From positions 250,542,001 to 250,606,000 of the forward strand of contig OZ024743.1 in NCBI GenBank assembly GCA_964016885.1: DNA of 64,000 bases, given 5' to 3'. This document shows positions 1 to 10,575 of this stretch, in pieces. The stretch is from Eledone cirrhosa. Lineage: Eukaryota. Position 1 is the stretch's first letter. Each line of letters starts with the position of its first letter. The notes beneath the pieces were generated by a model that saw only the letters and a program-made list of their open reading frames with translations, was not told the DNA's origin and ran no database searches. The translations under genes and the position numbers were made by a program.

Positions 1-764
1 ATAAAAGCTTAGAAACTGGTTTCTCTCCAACTCTGTGGCAATGGCCAGCAAAATGTAAACTTCTCTGCTGAATGGTATCTGACAGCTGTCGTAGGCCTTG
101 GTATATATGATCTCTTCAAATAATGTTAAAAATGTTCTCAATATAATCCTTCTATTTCTAGGTTTTGTGTTATGGTCCATTTATATACCTGTTTTTATAC
201 TTCATAAAACTTTCAAAGTGTTTATATAAAATGTTTTTCAAACTAACCATTAAAATTCTTGTATATTTTATGGACAAATATCTCATCTATATGTTTCTGG
301 GACCATCAAATTTTATAGTTTTATAAGTTTGATAGTAAATATCAGCAGATACATATTAAGGGAGCTTAAAACAATTTATAAACATGCACAATTCACTGAT
401 AAAAACATTTTATATCATTTTTTCAAGAAGTGTTTTGTAGTTTGCTTAAAGCATAGTGAAATATATCCACAAAACTGTTAAACGACACAGCAATGCATTG
501 GGTAAACTGGACATCAATAAAAACAAGAACAAAGGTACTGAATTGTTGAATTTTTTCCTTTAAAATATTTAATGGTCCTGATAGATATTTCAGGGTAAAA
601 CATCCAACTCAACCCTAAAGTTTGTAAAAAAAATATTTTATATTTCATTATTAAAATTGAAAAAGAAGAAAAAAAAGAAAAAGACTGAATGTATTATTTT
701 CAGAAAGAGTTTTCATGAGATTGCCATGAGAACAAAGAGTCTAAACTGAAACAACAACAAAAAT

Positions 765-890
765 GCATGTATGTATGTAAGTGTGTGTGTTTGTGTATGT
801 ATAGGTGTATACATATGTATATGCATGTATTTGCATATGCATGTATGTATGTATCTTTGTGTATGCATGTATGTGTGTATGTATGCATTG
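765..890. repeat. (TATG/TG)n low-complexity microsatellite
   Basis: Run of atgt/gtgt repeats; the source of spurious MYVCV/HTHI ORFs. Confidence 0.85.
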
Positions 891-1043
891 ATGTAGCTCT
901 GGTCTTGTGTTCTACTCCACAGCATGGCAAATCAAGCAACATCTTCTCCTGTAACCTTATCCCAACGAATGAATTCTCAGTTAATTTGGTTGATGGAACC
1001 AATTGTGTATAAAAAGATATATATACATATATATATACAAATA

Positions 1044-1470
1044 CAGTGATACCTCACAGTATGAGTTTAATTCATTCCGTGACAAAGCTCGTTTTACAAT
1101 TTACTCATTTAACAAATCAATTTTCTCTATTGAAATTAATTGAAATATAAATAATCCATTTCAAAAATCAATTTTTATAGGTTTTAAAACAAGAAAGGTG
1201 CAGTTATTATAAAATAAGAGCAAAAATTGCACAAAACTAAAAATATAACAGTGGGAAAACACGATAGGAATGCTGCCACAATGAGGTAAACACGTGAACT
1301 GAGTGAGTGGAAGCTGCACTTGTTGGGAGAATGTGTGTGAGCTCAGCACCGACTAGCGATTGCTTGTATGAAACTTGCTCATATTGCGGATTTCCACTCA
1401 TACTACAAGACAAAATTTTGCACAAGCCTCGGCTCATACATCAAATTACTCATACTCTGAGGTTCTACTG
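1044..1470. mobile_element. pogo/Tigger-like (Tc1/mariner superfamily) non-autonomous MITE, 427 bp
   Basis: Left TIR CAGTGATACCTCACAGTATGAGT (1044-1066); right end ACTCATACTCTGAGGTTCTACTG (1448-1470), whose reverse complement is CAGTAGAACCTCAGAGTATGAGT; TA on both sides (1042-1043, 1471-1472); no transposase ORF. Confidence 0.85.
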
Positions 1471-1699
1471 TATGTTACCTTCATGCCTGATGAGTCTGCA
1501 TTGTGTACCAGTGTGAACATTCTGCTCCTGTGCCTTGAAACCTAAGGTAACACAATGAATGTTATATGTATGAACTATAACACACACACATCTAATGACC
1601 TTTTGATAAATAGGTGAAACTCCAGAGTAACAAGAATTATTATTTAAACTCTACTTTGGTATTGAGTACTCTTTTTTTTCAGCCATCAACCACTTAGGG

Positions 1700-1735
<36 letters not shown>

Positions 1736-1875
1736 CTATGTACACATACATGTATGTGTTTCTGTCTCTTTTCCTTGTATTTACCTGCATGCTGATGGTT
1801 GTGGTGATGGTGATTGTGATGATGGTGGTGGCAAAGATAAGGAAGGTGATGGTGATGATGATGATGATGATGATG

Positions 1876-2040
1876 ATTTCTAATTTCGGCATGAGGCCAT
1901 CAATTTTGTGGGGAAGGAAAAGGCAGCCTATTATATTGGCTCCAGTATTTTACTGGTACTTTTACTTTATTGACTTCAAAAAGATATTATTGGTAAGTAT
2001 TTGTCCAATGTTCTAATAACTCTGTTAATCTACCACTCTA
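1876..2040 (-). mobile_element. degenerate octopus-type tRNA-derived SINE
   Basis: Reverse complement contains aaaagtaccagtaaaatactggagccaatataatagg, matching the 3' part of the copy at 4668-4857; abuts a (GAT)n run. Confidence 0.55.
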
Positions 2041-2367
2041 TATAGCATGTAAATAATGTCAAACATTTTGCTATAAAAGAAATCTTTCTTCTCCACAGTT
2101 TTGTTTCATTCTTTTGTCCATTCCCTCATAGTTTTCTTCATCTTTGAGTGTGGTGATGTGAGTGGGGTTTCCTCCTTTAGTTTGTGAACTTTCTATAATT
2201 GCCTCTTGCTCTCCTTCTTTATCTCTATCTCTCCTCTTCCACATTCTGACCATCTATTTCTCTCCATCACTTCCTCATTATCTCTTTCTTGTTCACCATC
2301 TTTCTATCTCTCCCATTTTATCACTCTCTCACCCATACACATCTAGACCCATATGTAGTGAGAGAAA

Positions 2368-2620
2368 GTGAGGATGTAATTATATAGTGGAAAAGCTAAA
2401 ATAACTCTAGTGAAAGAATAAAAGAGAGTGTACTCAATAATTCAGCTACAAATGTCCCCTAAACATGAATACAACAGCATAATGTCTATTATTACAACTC
2501 CTTTTCTTATGATGTTGTTTTCATGATTAGGGACCTTTGTAGCTGAAATATTCAGTACACTTTATTCATTTTTACTAATATTGTTTCGGGATTCTTGTAC
2601 TATAATATACCTTGTCACTT
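2368..2620. repeat. degenerate long inverted repeat (old Penelope-like terminus?)
   Basis: agtgtactcaataattcagctacaaatgtcccctaaacatgaatacaacagcataa is the imperfect reverse complement of ttatgatgttgttttcatgattagggacctttgtagctgaaatattcagtacact. Confidence 0.65.
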
Positions 2621-2726
2621 TTATTTAATAATGTTTGAAGCCATTTAAACTGTTTTACACACACATACACACGATATATATATATATATATATATATATT
2701 TATGTGTGTTCATATATATGTATATT

Positions 2727-2792
2727 GGTCCAACCCATGTAAGCATGGAAAAGCAGATGTAACAACAATGATGATGATGATGATGATGATGA
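2727..2792 (+). mobile_element. RTE-type 3' tail fragment
   Basis: gtccaacccatgtaagcatggaaaagcagatgt followed by (GAT)n; same motif as the LINE tail at ~7214-7275. Confidence 0.7.
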
Positions 2793-3092
2793 TATATATA
2801 TATATATATATGTGTCTGTGTATGTGTGTACTTTTAAAAATATATATTTTAGTAGAGAACCCTGGATGGTGTTGAGACGTTTCTAATTGTGTAATTGAGA
2901 CTGTATAGATCTGCACCTTTTGTCTTTTTTAATACGTGAATGCTCTATCATGGATTTGGTATCTATATATTACAAACTGTTATGTGGCCTCTTTATATAC
3001 AATATAAGGTGGATATTATGGGAGTTTAGAACTAGTACCTTAGTAGAATTTAATATCAGAAAAGAATGAGCCCTATTTATTATATATCATAT

Positions 3093-3222
3093 GGATTGGC
3101 AGTATCGGGAGAGCATCAGACACCATGCTTTGCAGTATAAAGTTATGACCCTTTGAGTTCAAATCCTGCTGAGGTCAACTTTGCCTTTCATCCTTATGGG
3201 GTCGATAAAATAATGCACCAGT
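3093..3222 (+). mobile_element. octopus-type tRNA-derived SINE
   Basis: tggcagtatcggg (A-box-like) ... gagttcaaatcc (B box) ... gaggtcaactttgcctttcatccttatggggtcgataaaataa; resembles the abundant octopus SINE consensus (recalled, not searched). Confidence 0.75.
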
Positions 3223-3317
3223 AATGCAATGGAATAATTGCTGCCCAAAGTAGAAACAATTATTACATATATATATTTGTTCATCAACTTGATATGAAAT
3301 CGTGTGTTGAAACTGAC

Positions 3318-3574
3318 ATTGTTATATTTGGGGATGGTCATTTTGCCAATTGAACACATGCACATTAAACTTTCACTTTCTCTTCATTCTTCAATCAAAG
3401 CTCTTTTGTCACTCCAGTCTGTGACCTCCCCAAAGACTACCAATTTGTTGTGCCTCTTCTTTCTCTGCTCTTACATTTCTAGACAAAAGAGCTTTGATGG
3501 AAGAATAAAGATAAGTGAAAGTTATATGGTGCATGTGTTTGATTGGCAAAATGATCATCCACAAATATAACAAT
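3318..3574. repeat. inverted repeat, ~93 bp arms, ~71 bp spacer (possible MITE)
   Basis: attgttatatttggggatggtcattttgccaat...tcaaagctcttttgtc (3318-3410) vs gacaaaagagctttga...ttggcaaaatgatcatccacaaatataacaat (3482-3574). Confidence 0.8.
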
Positions 3575-3767
3575 ACACACACACATATATATATATATAC
3601 ACATATATACATACACACACACACACACATATATATATACACACACACATATACATATATATATATACACACACACATATACATATATACACACACACAT
3701 ATACATATATACACACACACATATACATATATATATATACACAAACATGTACATATATATATATAAC

Positions 3768-3823
3768 CATCATTTCATTTTACGTCCACTTTTTCCCTGC
3801 TTGCAAGAGTGGGACGGGAACTG
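3768..3823 (-). mobile_element. short RTE-type 3' tail
   Basis: catcatttcattttacgtccacttttccctgcttgcaagagtgggacgggaactg; reverse complement of 3956-4013. Confidence 0.75.
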
Positions 3824-3867
3824 CTATATATATATATATATACACACATATATATATATATACACAA

Positions 3868-3942
<75 letters not shown>

Positions 3943-3955
3943 CACATAGATAATC

Positions 3956-4013
3956 AGTTCCCGTCCCACCCTTGCAAGCAGGGAAAAGTGGACGTAAAAT
4001 GAAATGATGATGA
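3956..4013 (+). mobile_element. short RTE-type 3' tail
   Basis: cagttcccgtcccacccttgcaagcagggaaaagtggacgtaaaatgaaatgatgatg; nearly identical to 11404-11460. Confidence 0.75.
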
Positions 4014-4097
4014 AAATGATACTTATATATATATATACACACATACATATATATATATATACGCACATAATACTTATATATATATATACACACTTGC

Positions 4098-4165
<68 letters not shown>

Positions 4166-4468
4166 ATGTATACATTATACATTAGTATATATATATTATA
4201 TGTATTAATATATAACTAACCATAATCCTTATTCTATGGTGTTGTGAATTATAGAGATTTTAGTAGAAAGAATTTCTATTGTAACATCTGTCAGCGAAGC
4301 CATTAGAAGAGAAATACAGGTTTTTCTTTAGTTCGGTTTCTCCTGTCTTTTGATCAATTCTCTTCAATAGAAGAATAACATGTACAAGTACCTGATTGAT
4401 TTAATATTACATTGGATCTTGAACTTAACTGCCTTCAATACGTAAGATTTCAATATATGTAGTCTATG

Positions 4469-4662
4469 AGGGTGGTGCATTAGCAGAATTGTTACAGTGT
4501 TAGACAAAATGTTTTGCAGTGTTTAATTACATTCTGAGTTCAAATCCCATCAAGAATATGCCTTCATCCTTAGGATGCCAATAAAAATAAAGTACTGATG
4601 GCTATAATTCATTCTCCATCGCCCAAATATTTGGCTTTGTAACGATGTTAGAAAAAATTATT
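4469..4662 (+). mobile_element. degenerate octopus-type SINE
   Basis: tagcagaattgttacagtgttagacaaaatg ... acattctgagttcaaatccc ... gccttcatcc ... aaataaagtactg. Confidence 0.65.
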
Positions 4663-4667
4663 AAAAT

Positions 4668-4857
4668 GGCAGTAGACTGGCAGAATCATTAGAGAGTTGG
4701 ATGAAATATATTGCAACATTTGGTTATGGCCCTTTTCATTCTAAATTGAAATCCTGATGAGAAAATCTTTGCCTTTCACCCATCTGATACTGTTGAAATA
4801 AAGTACCAGTTAAGTACTGGGGTTGATATAATCAATATTTCCTTATCCCCCCCCCCC
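4668..4857 (+). mobile_element. degenerate octopus-type SINE (tandem to the previous copy)
   Basis: ctggcagaatcattagag ... ctttgcctttcaccc ... aaataaagtaccagttaagtactggggttgatataatc ... poly-C. Confidence 0.7.
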
Positions 4858-5006
4858 AGCAAGCTAATAAATTAGATATAAATAGATACAGTCTATGTTA
4901 ATAGCTCCAAATCTTTTCACCTTTTCACTACCAAGAACCTTTTGAATTTCAAGAATTTTCTCATGGGACCCACCACAATAATTATTCATGTTCCCTGAAG
5001 TCTAAT

Positions 5007-5340
5007 TTAACATCCTGTAATGATTTAACAGAATATATTTAATAACAGGTTTGTTAATTCATATGATTAGAGTATCTTTTATAGTGGACAGATTGTTGGG
5101 AAAATTTGCAATATTAATCCTTAACATCCTGTAATGATTTAGTAGAAAAGATGTAAAACAAATTTGATAATCCAATTGTTTATAGCATATTTATTAATAG
5201 AGAGCTTGTAAAAATTTGTAATATTAGCTCTTAACATCCTGTAATGATTCAGCGGAAAATATTTAAAAACTGATTTTCTAATCCAAATGTTTATAGTATA
5301 TTTACTAGTGAACAAATTGAAGGGAAAATTTACAGTTATA
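5007..5340. repeat. degenerate tandem repeat, ~110-114 bp x3
   Basis: ttaacatcctgtaatgatt recurs at 5007, 5121 and 5231 with similar downstream sequence. Confidence 0.8.
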
Positions 5341-5795
5341 ACATGGAGACTTCAACTTTTAATGTGATGCAGGCACAATGCTGTTTTCTACTTTTTAAGA
5401 ATGCCCTACCAACAAGATTTCATGTAGTACAAGGTATTAAGAGTTAACACAATTTTCAATAAGATTTTATGAATGGCCTGCAGAGAGTTGGATAATTTGG
5501 AATATTAAGTCAACCTATACAACTTCTCAGACCTGCCACTTTCCTAATGTAGTGTCATGTACTAAATGTTCAATGTAAATTAGGTTTTATATGCACATGA
5601 TCTGATCTATCTTGTCTGTCACTTCACAAAATGTCTTCCTTGTGAAGTGATGGCGACCAGAGAGAATCCCCAGCAAAGAAGTTGTTGCTAGCTGTGCCTT
5701 CATACGCCTGTGTGTATGTGAATATATGTACTCATACGCACCACACATATATGCATGCTTATATATAAACAGTTAAATTATGGCATACCCATTTG

Positions 5796-6649
<854 letters not shown>

Positions 6650-6794
6650 TTTGAGTTTATGTTGGTTGTATACCAACACCTCAGTATGCAGGCTGGAGCA
6701 CTCGACGAAGTGCGCAGGTTGGTTTGGTTACTCCGGAGTAGTGTAAAATAAAGTTAAATAAAAGTCAAATGATTAAAATTTAGCTTCGTTTATT

Positions 6795-6849
6795 ACTGCT
6801 ATATATATTTCAGTGACAGCCATCTTTGGCTGTGACCTCTTTAGGCAGT
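6795..6849 (-). pseudogene. hammerhead ribozyme copy with G5A core mutation
   Basis: Minus strand reads ACUGC CUAAAGA ... GAAA; base 6842 changes CUGAAGA to CUAAAGA. Confidence 0.65.
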
Positions 6850-7064
6850 TTGAATTAGTATGGTATAGACAAGTACATATGTTGTTTAGGTGTATGATAT
6901 TGTCAATACTCTGATATGCCCAGTTCCTTGTTGGGTTGTTAATTCACATATGACTCCAGTTCCCCAGTGAATTAACAACCCAACGAGGAACTGGGCATAT
7001 CAGAGTATTGACAATATCATACACCTAAACAACATATGTACTTGTCTATACCATACTAATTCAA

Positions 7065-7119
7065 ACTGCCTGAAGAGGTCACAGCCAAAGATGGCTGTCA
7101 CTGAAATATATATAGCAGT
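7065..7119 (+). ncRNA. minimal type I hammerhead ribozyme
   Basis: Stem I ACUGC/GCAGU; core CUGAAGA (7070-7076); stem II GGUCACAGCC-AAAGAU-GGCUGUCACU; GAAA (7103-7106); short palindromic stem III UAUAUA; AUA cleavage triplet ending at 7114. Confidence 0.78.
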
Positions 7120-7213
7120 AATAAACGAAGCTAAATTTTAATCATTTGACTTTTATTTAACTTTATTTTATATATATATATATATAAATATATATATATA
7201 TAAATATATATAT

Positions 7214-8994
7214 ATCATCATCATCATCATCGTCGTTTAACGTCCGTGTTCCACGCTTGCATGGGTTTGGACGGGGGTAGTCCCACTTGAGGCAAGAGTG
7301 ATTGTCTTGCTCGCATAGGACTGTCTGGCAGGTTTTCTACAGTGGGATGCCCTTCCTAACACCAACCACATTTACAGTGTGGGTCTGGGAGGTTTTTACC
7401 GTGTTGCCTACACGGCCACATTACAGCGTGGACTGTGTGTTTTTTTGTCGTGACACCTACACGATCTCATTTGTTTCGGCCTGGTTGGCGCGGCACCAAC
7501 ATAACTTTACATAGAACGGGGTGGTGTGGATGGGGGGGGGGGGGGTATTTTGTTAGAGATGCCTACTGGATGGAGTAGGTTTTACTATATATATTTAGGT
7601 AAGGCGGATCTTCTCTGTTACTGAGTACCGCCAAAGGTCCCGGTCCAGTGACATTGTCTTGGAGAGGTGTAAGTGTGTGATGTCGGAGTTTATCAGCTCG
7701 TCCCAGGTTTTTCTAGGTCTGCCTATTCCGTGACTACCATCTATCTTTATTGCCCTGCACTTTGTTATACAGCTATCGACTTTCATGCGCATCACGTGTC
7801 CATACCAACGTAGCCTTCTCTCGAGTAAACAACATCTGATCCCTCTTATCTCTAATTTTTTCCTTAGTTCGTTTATGCTTTGCCGTTCACGTATATTACT
7901 GTTACACATCCAGCGGAGCATGCAAGCTTCGTTCCTCTCTAGTCTGCGTATATCCTCTGCACACAATGCCCAGGTCTCACTGCCACGCAACATTGCTGTT
8001 CGTATGCAGGCATCGTATAACCTGCATTTCATTTTTAGGGAGAACCCTTTAGCAGCTAATAGTGGTATAAGCTCTCTGAACTTTTTCCAACCAGTTCTGA
8101 CTCTAGCTACAGTACTTTCAGAGCACCCTCCCCCACTGCTGATTTTATCGCCCAGGTAACGGAAGCTGTCCACTATTTCTATAGAACCCTCTGCGCAATT
8201 GAAAGAGCTAGTATTTTGTGGGCACTTGCTGCTACTTATTGCACCAGAACACCGGCCACATGTAAAATCTATGTTCTTAGTTAGCTTACCTGTGATCCCA
8301 CTACATCTTTTATGCACCCATACTTTGCATTTAGGACATAAAATGGAGTTTCTACCTACGCCTTTCCTACACACCGAGCACGACCATTTCCCAGAAGGGA
8401 CCGCCGCCTTGTTTTCTTTCCTACAAACTAGAACTTTGGTCTTAGCCAGGTTAATTTTAAGTCCTTTTGACTCTAGGCCGTGCTTCCATGTTTGGAATTT
8501 CTTCTCTAGCTCGGCCATTGATTCCGCTATGAGTGTCAGGTCGTCTGCGTATAGGAGTTCCCATGGGCAGCCTGTCTTGAACTCCTCTGTTATAGCCTGA
8601 AGGGCAATAATAAATAGTAGGGGGCTGAGAACAGAGCCCTGATGGACGCCAACTTTTACGCTAAACTCTTCACTATATTCGTTGTTAATTCTAACCTTGC
8701 TGACTGTTTCTTTATACATGGCTTGTATAGCCCTCACAAGCCATTCGTCAACGCCTAGTTTTCTAAGAGCCCACCAGATAATGGAGCGGGGGACTCTGTC
8801 GAAGGCTTTCTCCAAGTCGACAAAAGCTAAGTAGAGGGGTTTACCTTTAGCTAGGTACTTCTCCTGTAGTTGTCGTACTATGAAAAGAGCGTCTGTGGTA
8901 CTTTTGCCTGACACAAACCCGAACTGCATTTCATCTAGGTCAATTCTCTCTCTGATTAGTTGCGCTATAACTTTTTCCGTGACCTTCATGACCT
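7214..8994 (-). mobile_element. 5'-truncated RTE-clade non-LTR retrotransposon (LINE) inserted in (TA)n
   Basis: RT ORF, then a ~380-bp 3' UTR containing gttggtgttaggaagggcatcc, the terminal motif cccatgcaagcgtggaacacggacgttaaacg and a (GAT)n tail; both ends abut (TA)n; no APE endonuclease part. Confidence 0.92.
7595..8989 (-). CDS. non-LTR reverse transcriptase (C-terminal part of RTE ORF) with inserted PHD-like zinc finger
   Basis: Motifs [80 protein letters not shown]; 464 aa with no stop; the initial Met is internal to the original ORF. Confidence 0.93.
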   Translation of the reverse strand: MKVTEKVIAQLIRERIDLDEMQFGFVSGKSTTDALFIVRQLQEKYLAKGKPLYLAFVDLEKAFDRVPRSIIWWALRKLGVDEWLVRAIQAMYKETVSKVRINNEYSEEFSVKVGVHQGSVLSPLLFIIALQAITEEFKTGCPWELLYADDLTLIAESMAELEKKFQTWKHGLESKGLKINLAKTKVLVCRKENKAAVPSGKWSCSVCRKGVGRNSILCPKCKVWVHKRCSGITGKLTKNIDFTCGRCSGAISSSKCPQNTSSFNCAEGSIEIVDSFRYLGDKISSGGGCSESTVARVRTGWKKFRELIPLLAAKGFSLKMKCRLYDACIRTAMLRGSETWALCAEDIRRLERNEACMLRWMCNSNIRERQSINELRKKLEIRGIRCCLLERRLRWYGHVMRMKVDSCITKCRAIKIDGSHGIGRPRKTWDELINSDITHLHLSKTMSLDRDLWRYSVTEKIRLT

Positions 8995-9010
8995 ATATAT
9001 ATATACATAT

Positions 9011-9083
<73 letters not shown>

Positions 9084-9136
9084 TATATATATAAATATAT
9101 AAATATATATATATATATAAATATATATATATAAAT
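8995..9136. repeat. (TA)n microsatellite
   Basis: Direct reading of the sequence. Confidence 0.95.
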
Positions 9137-9477
9137 ATAAATTGAAACAAAATGAAAACGAAATTTCATTTCTCACTCTTAGTATGGCACTTACTTAAAT
9201 GTAAGTATGCATGTATACGTACATACATATATGTATACAGACGTACAGTAGCATGCACATATATATATATATATATACATATATATATACATATGCATAC
9301 AGGTACACATACATATATGCACGTATCAGTTTAGCGGCGCTAACGTCGCTTTGTTCGTTTGTAAACAAACTGAACAGCCTGAATTTATGCCATACGGTGT
9401 TAAGGCAACCACGTCACCTTTTTGTTCAACACTGACACAGGAACGATGTACTAGTTTCAAGCTTGTTAGCTATCATC
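9137..9477 (-). repeat. inverted partial copy (341 bp) of the 468-bp unit
   Basis: Reverse complement of 9604-9944; the ORF track shows identical peptides at 9152/9211 (+) and 9747/9646 (-). Confidence 0.95.
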
Positions 9478-9594
9478 GTTTTCGGTATGCCTGACCGATT
9501 TAACTCACTCAATATGCAAATTAGGCTGCTCAGCCGTTAATTTTCATAAGGAAAGTATATACTTTCGAACGTTCAACTATCTGGCAGATGGGTA

Positions 9595-9639
9595 AACGGT
9601 GCTGATGATAGCTAACAAGCTTGAAACTAGTACATCGTT
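9595..9639 (+). ncRNA. minimal type I hammerhead ribozyme, copy 1
   Basis: Stem I AACGGUG/CAUCGUU (one G-U); CUGAUGA (9602-9608); stem II AGCU-AACA-AGCU; GAAA (9623-9626); palindromic stem III ACUAGU; GUA cleavage triplet ending at 9632. Confidence 0.8.
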
Positions 9640-10062
9640 CCTGTGTCAGTGTTGAACAAAAAGGTGACGTGGTTGCCTTAACACCGTATGGCATAAATTC
9701 AGGCTGTTCAGTTTGTTTACAAACGAACAAAGCGACGTTAGCGCCGCTAAACTGATACGTGCATATATGTATGTGTACCTGTATGCATATGTATATATAT
9801 ATGTATATATATATATATATATGTGCATGCTACTGTACGTCTGTATACATATATGTATGTACGTATACATGCATACTTACATTTAAGTAAGTGCCATACT
9901 AAGAGTGAGAAATGAAATTTCGTTTTCATTTTGTTTCAATTTATCGTTTTCGGTATGCCTGACCGATTTAACTCACTCAATATGCAAATTAGGCTGCTCA
10001 GCCGTTAATTTTCATAAGGAAAGTATATACTTTCGAACGTTCAACTATCTGGCAGATGGGTA

Positions 10063-10107
10063 AACGGTGCTGATGATAGCTAACAAGCTTGAAACTAGTA
10101 CATCGTT
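10063..10107 (+). ncRNA. minimal type I hammerhead ribozyme, copy 2
   Basis: Identical to copy 1, offset 468. Confidence 0.8.
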
Positions 10108-10530
10108 CCTGTGTCAGTGTTGAACAAAAAGGTGACGTGGTTGCCTTAACACCGTATGGCATAAATTCAGGCTGTTCAGTTTGTTTACAAACGAACAAAG
10201 CGACGTTAGCGCCGCTAAACTGATACGTGCATATATGTATGTGTACCTGTATGCATATGTATATATATATGTATATATATATATATATATGTGCATGCTA
10301 CTGTACGTCTGTATACATATATGTATGTACGTATACATGCATACTTACATTTAAGTAAGTGCCATACTAAGAGTGAGAAATGAAATTTCGTTTTCATTTT
10401 GTTTCAATTTATCGTTTTCGGTATGCCTGACCGATTTAACTCACTCAATATGCAAATTAGGCTGCTCAGCCGTTAATTTTCATAAGGAAAGTATATACTT
10501 TCGAACGTTCAACTATCTGGCAGATGGGTA

Positions 10531-10575
10531 AACGGTGCTGATGATAGCTAACAAGCTTGAAACTAGTACATCGTT
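10531..10575 (+). ncRNA. minimal type I hammerhead ribozyme, copy 3
   Basis: Identical to copy 1, offset 936. Confidence 0.8.

Larger units (their letters stand above)
3575..4175. repeat. (TA)n/(CA)n microsatellite tract containing two inverted RTE tails
   Basis: Direct reading of the sequence. Confidence 0.9.
6744..7170. mobile_element. near-perfect palindrome (204-bp arms, 19-bp spacer), Penelope-like element inverted pLTR remnant
   Basis: 6744-6947 is the reverse complement of 6967-7170 with ~2 mismatches; each arm carries a hammerhead motif followed by AATAAA and a T-rich end; ends in (TA)n. Confidence 0.75.

Noticed and set aside
220-590. Weak inverted similarities (tataaaatgttttt / aaaaacattttata)
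   Set aside because: Short, AT-rich and not colinear enough to call
4260-4391. Possible minus-strand terminal exon (VLVHVILLLKRIDQKTGETELKKNLYFSSNGFADRCYNRNSFY*)
   Set aside because: Has AG but no polypyrimidine tract, no recognisable homology and is short; needs RNA-seq
5624-5707. Possible minus-strand terminal exon (AYEGTASNNFFAGDSLWSPSLHKEDIL*)
   Set aside because: Only 27 codons with a weak acceptor and no recognisable protein; cannot be supported
7785-8600. Plus-strand ORFs of 124 and 133 aa
   Set aside because: Antisense shadows of the RT ORF
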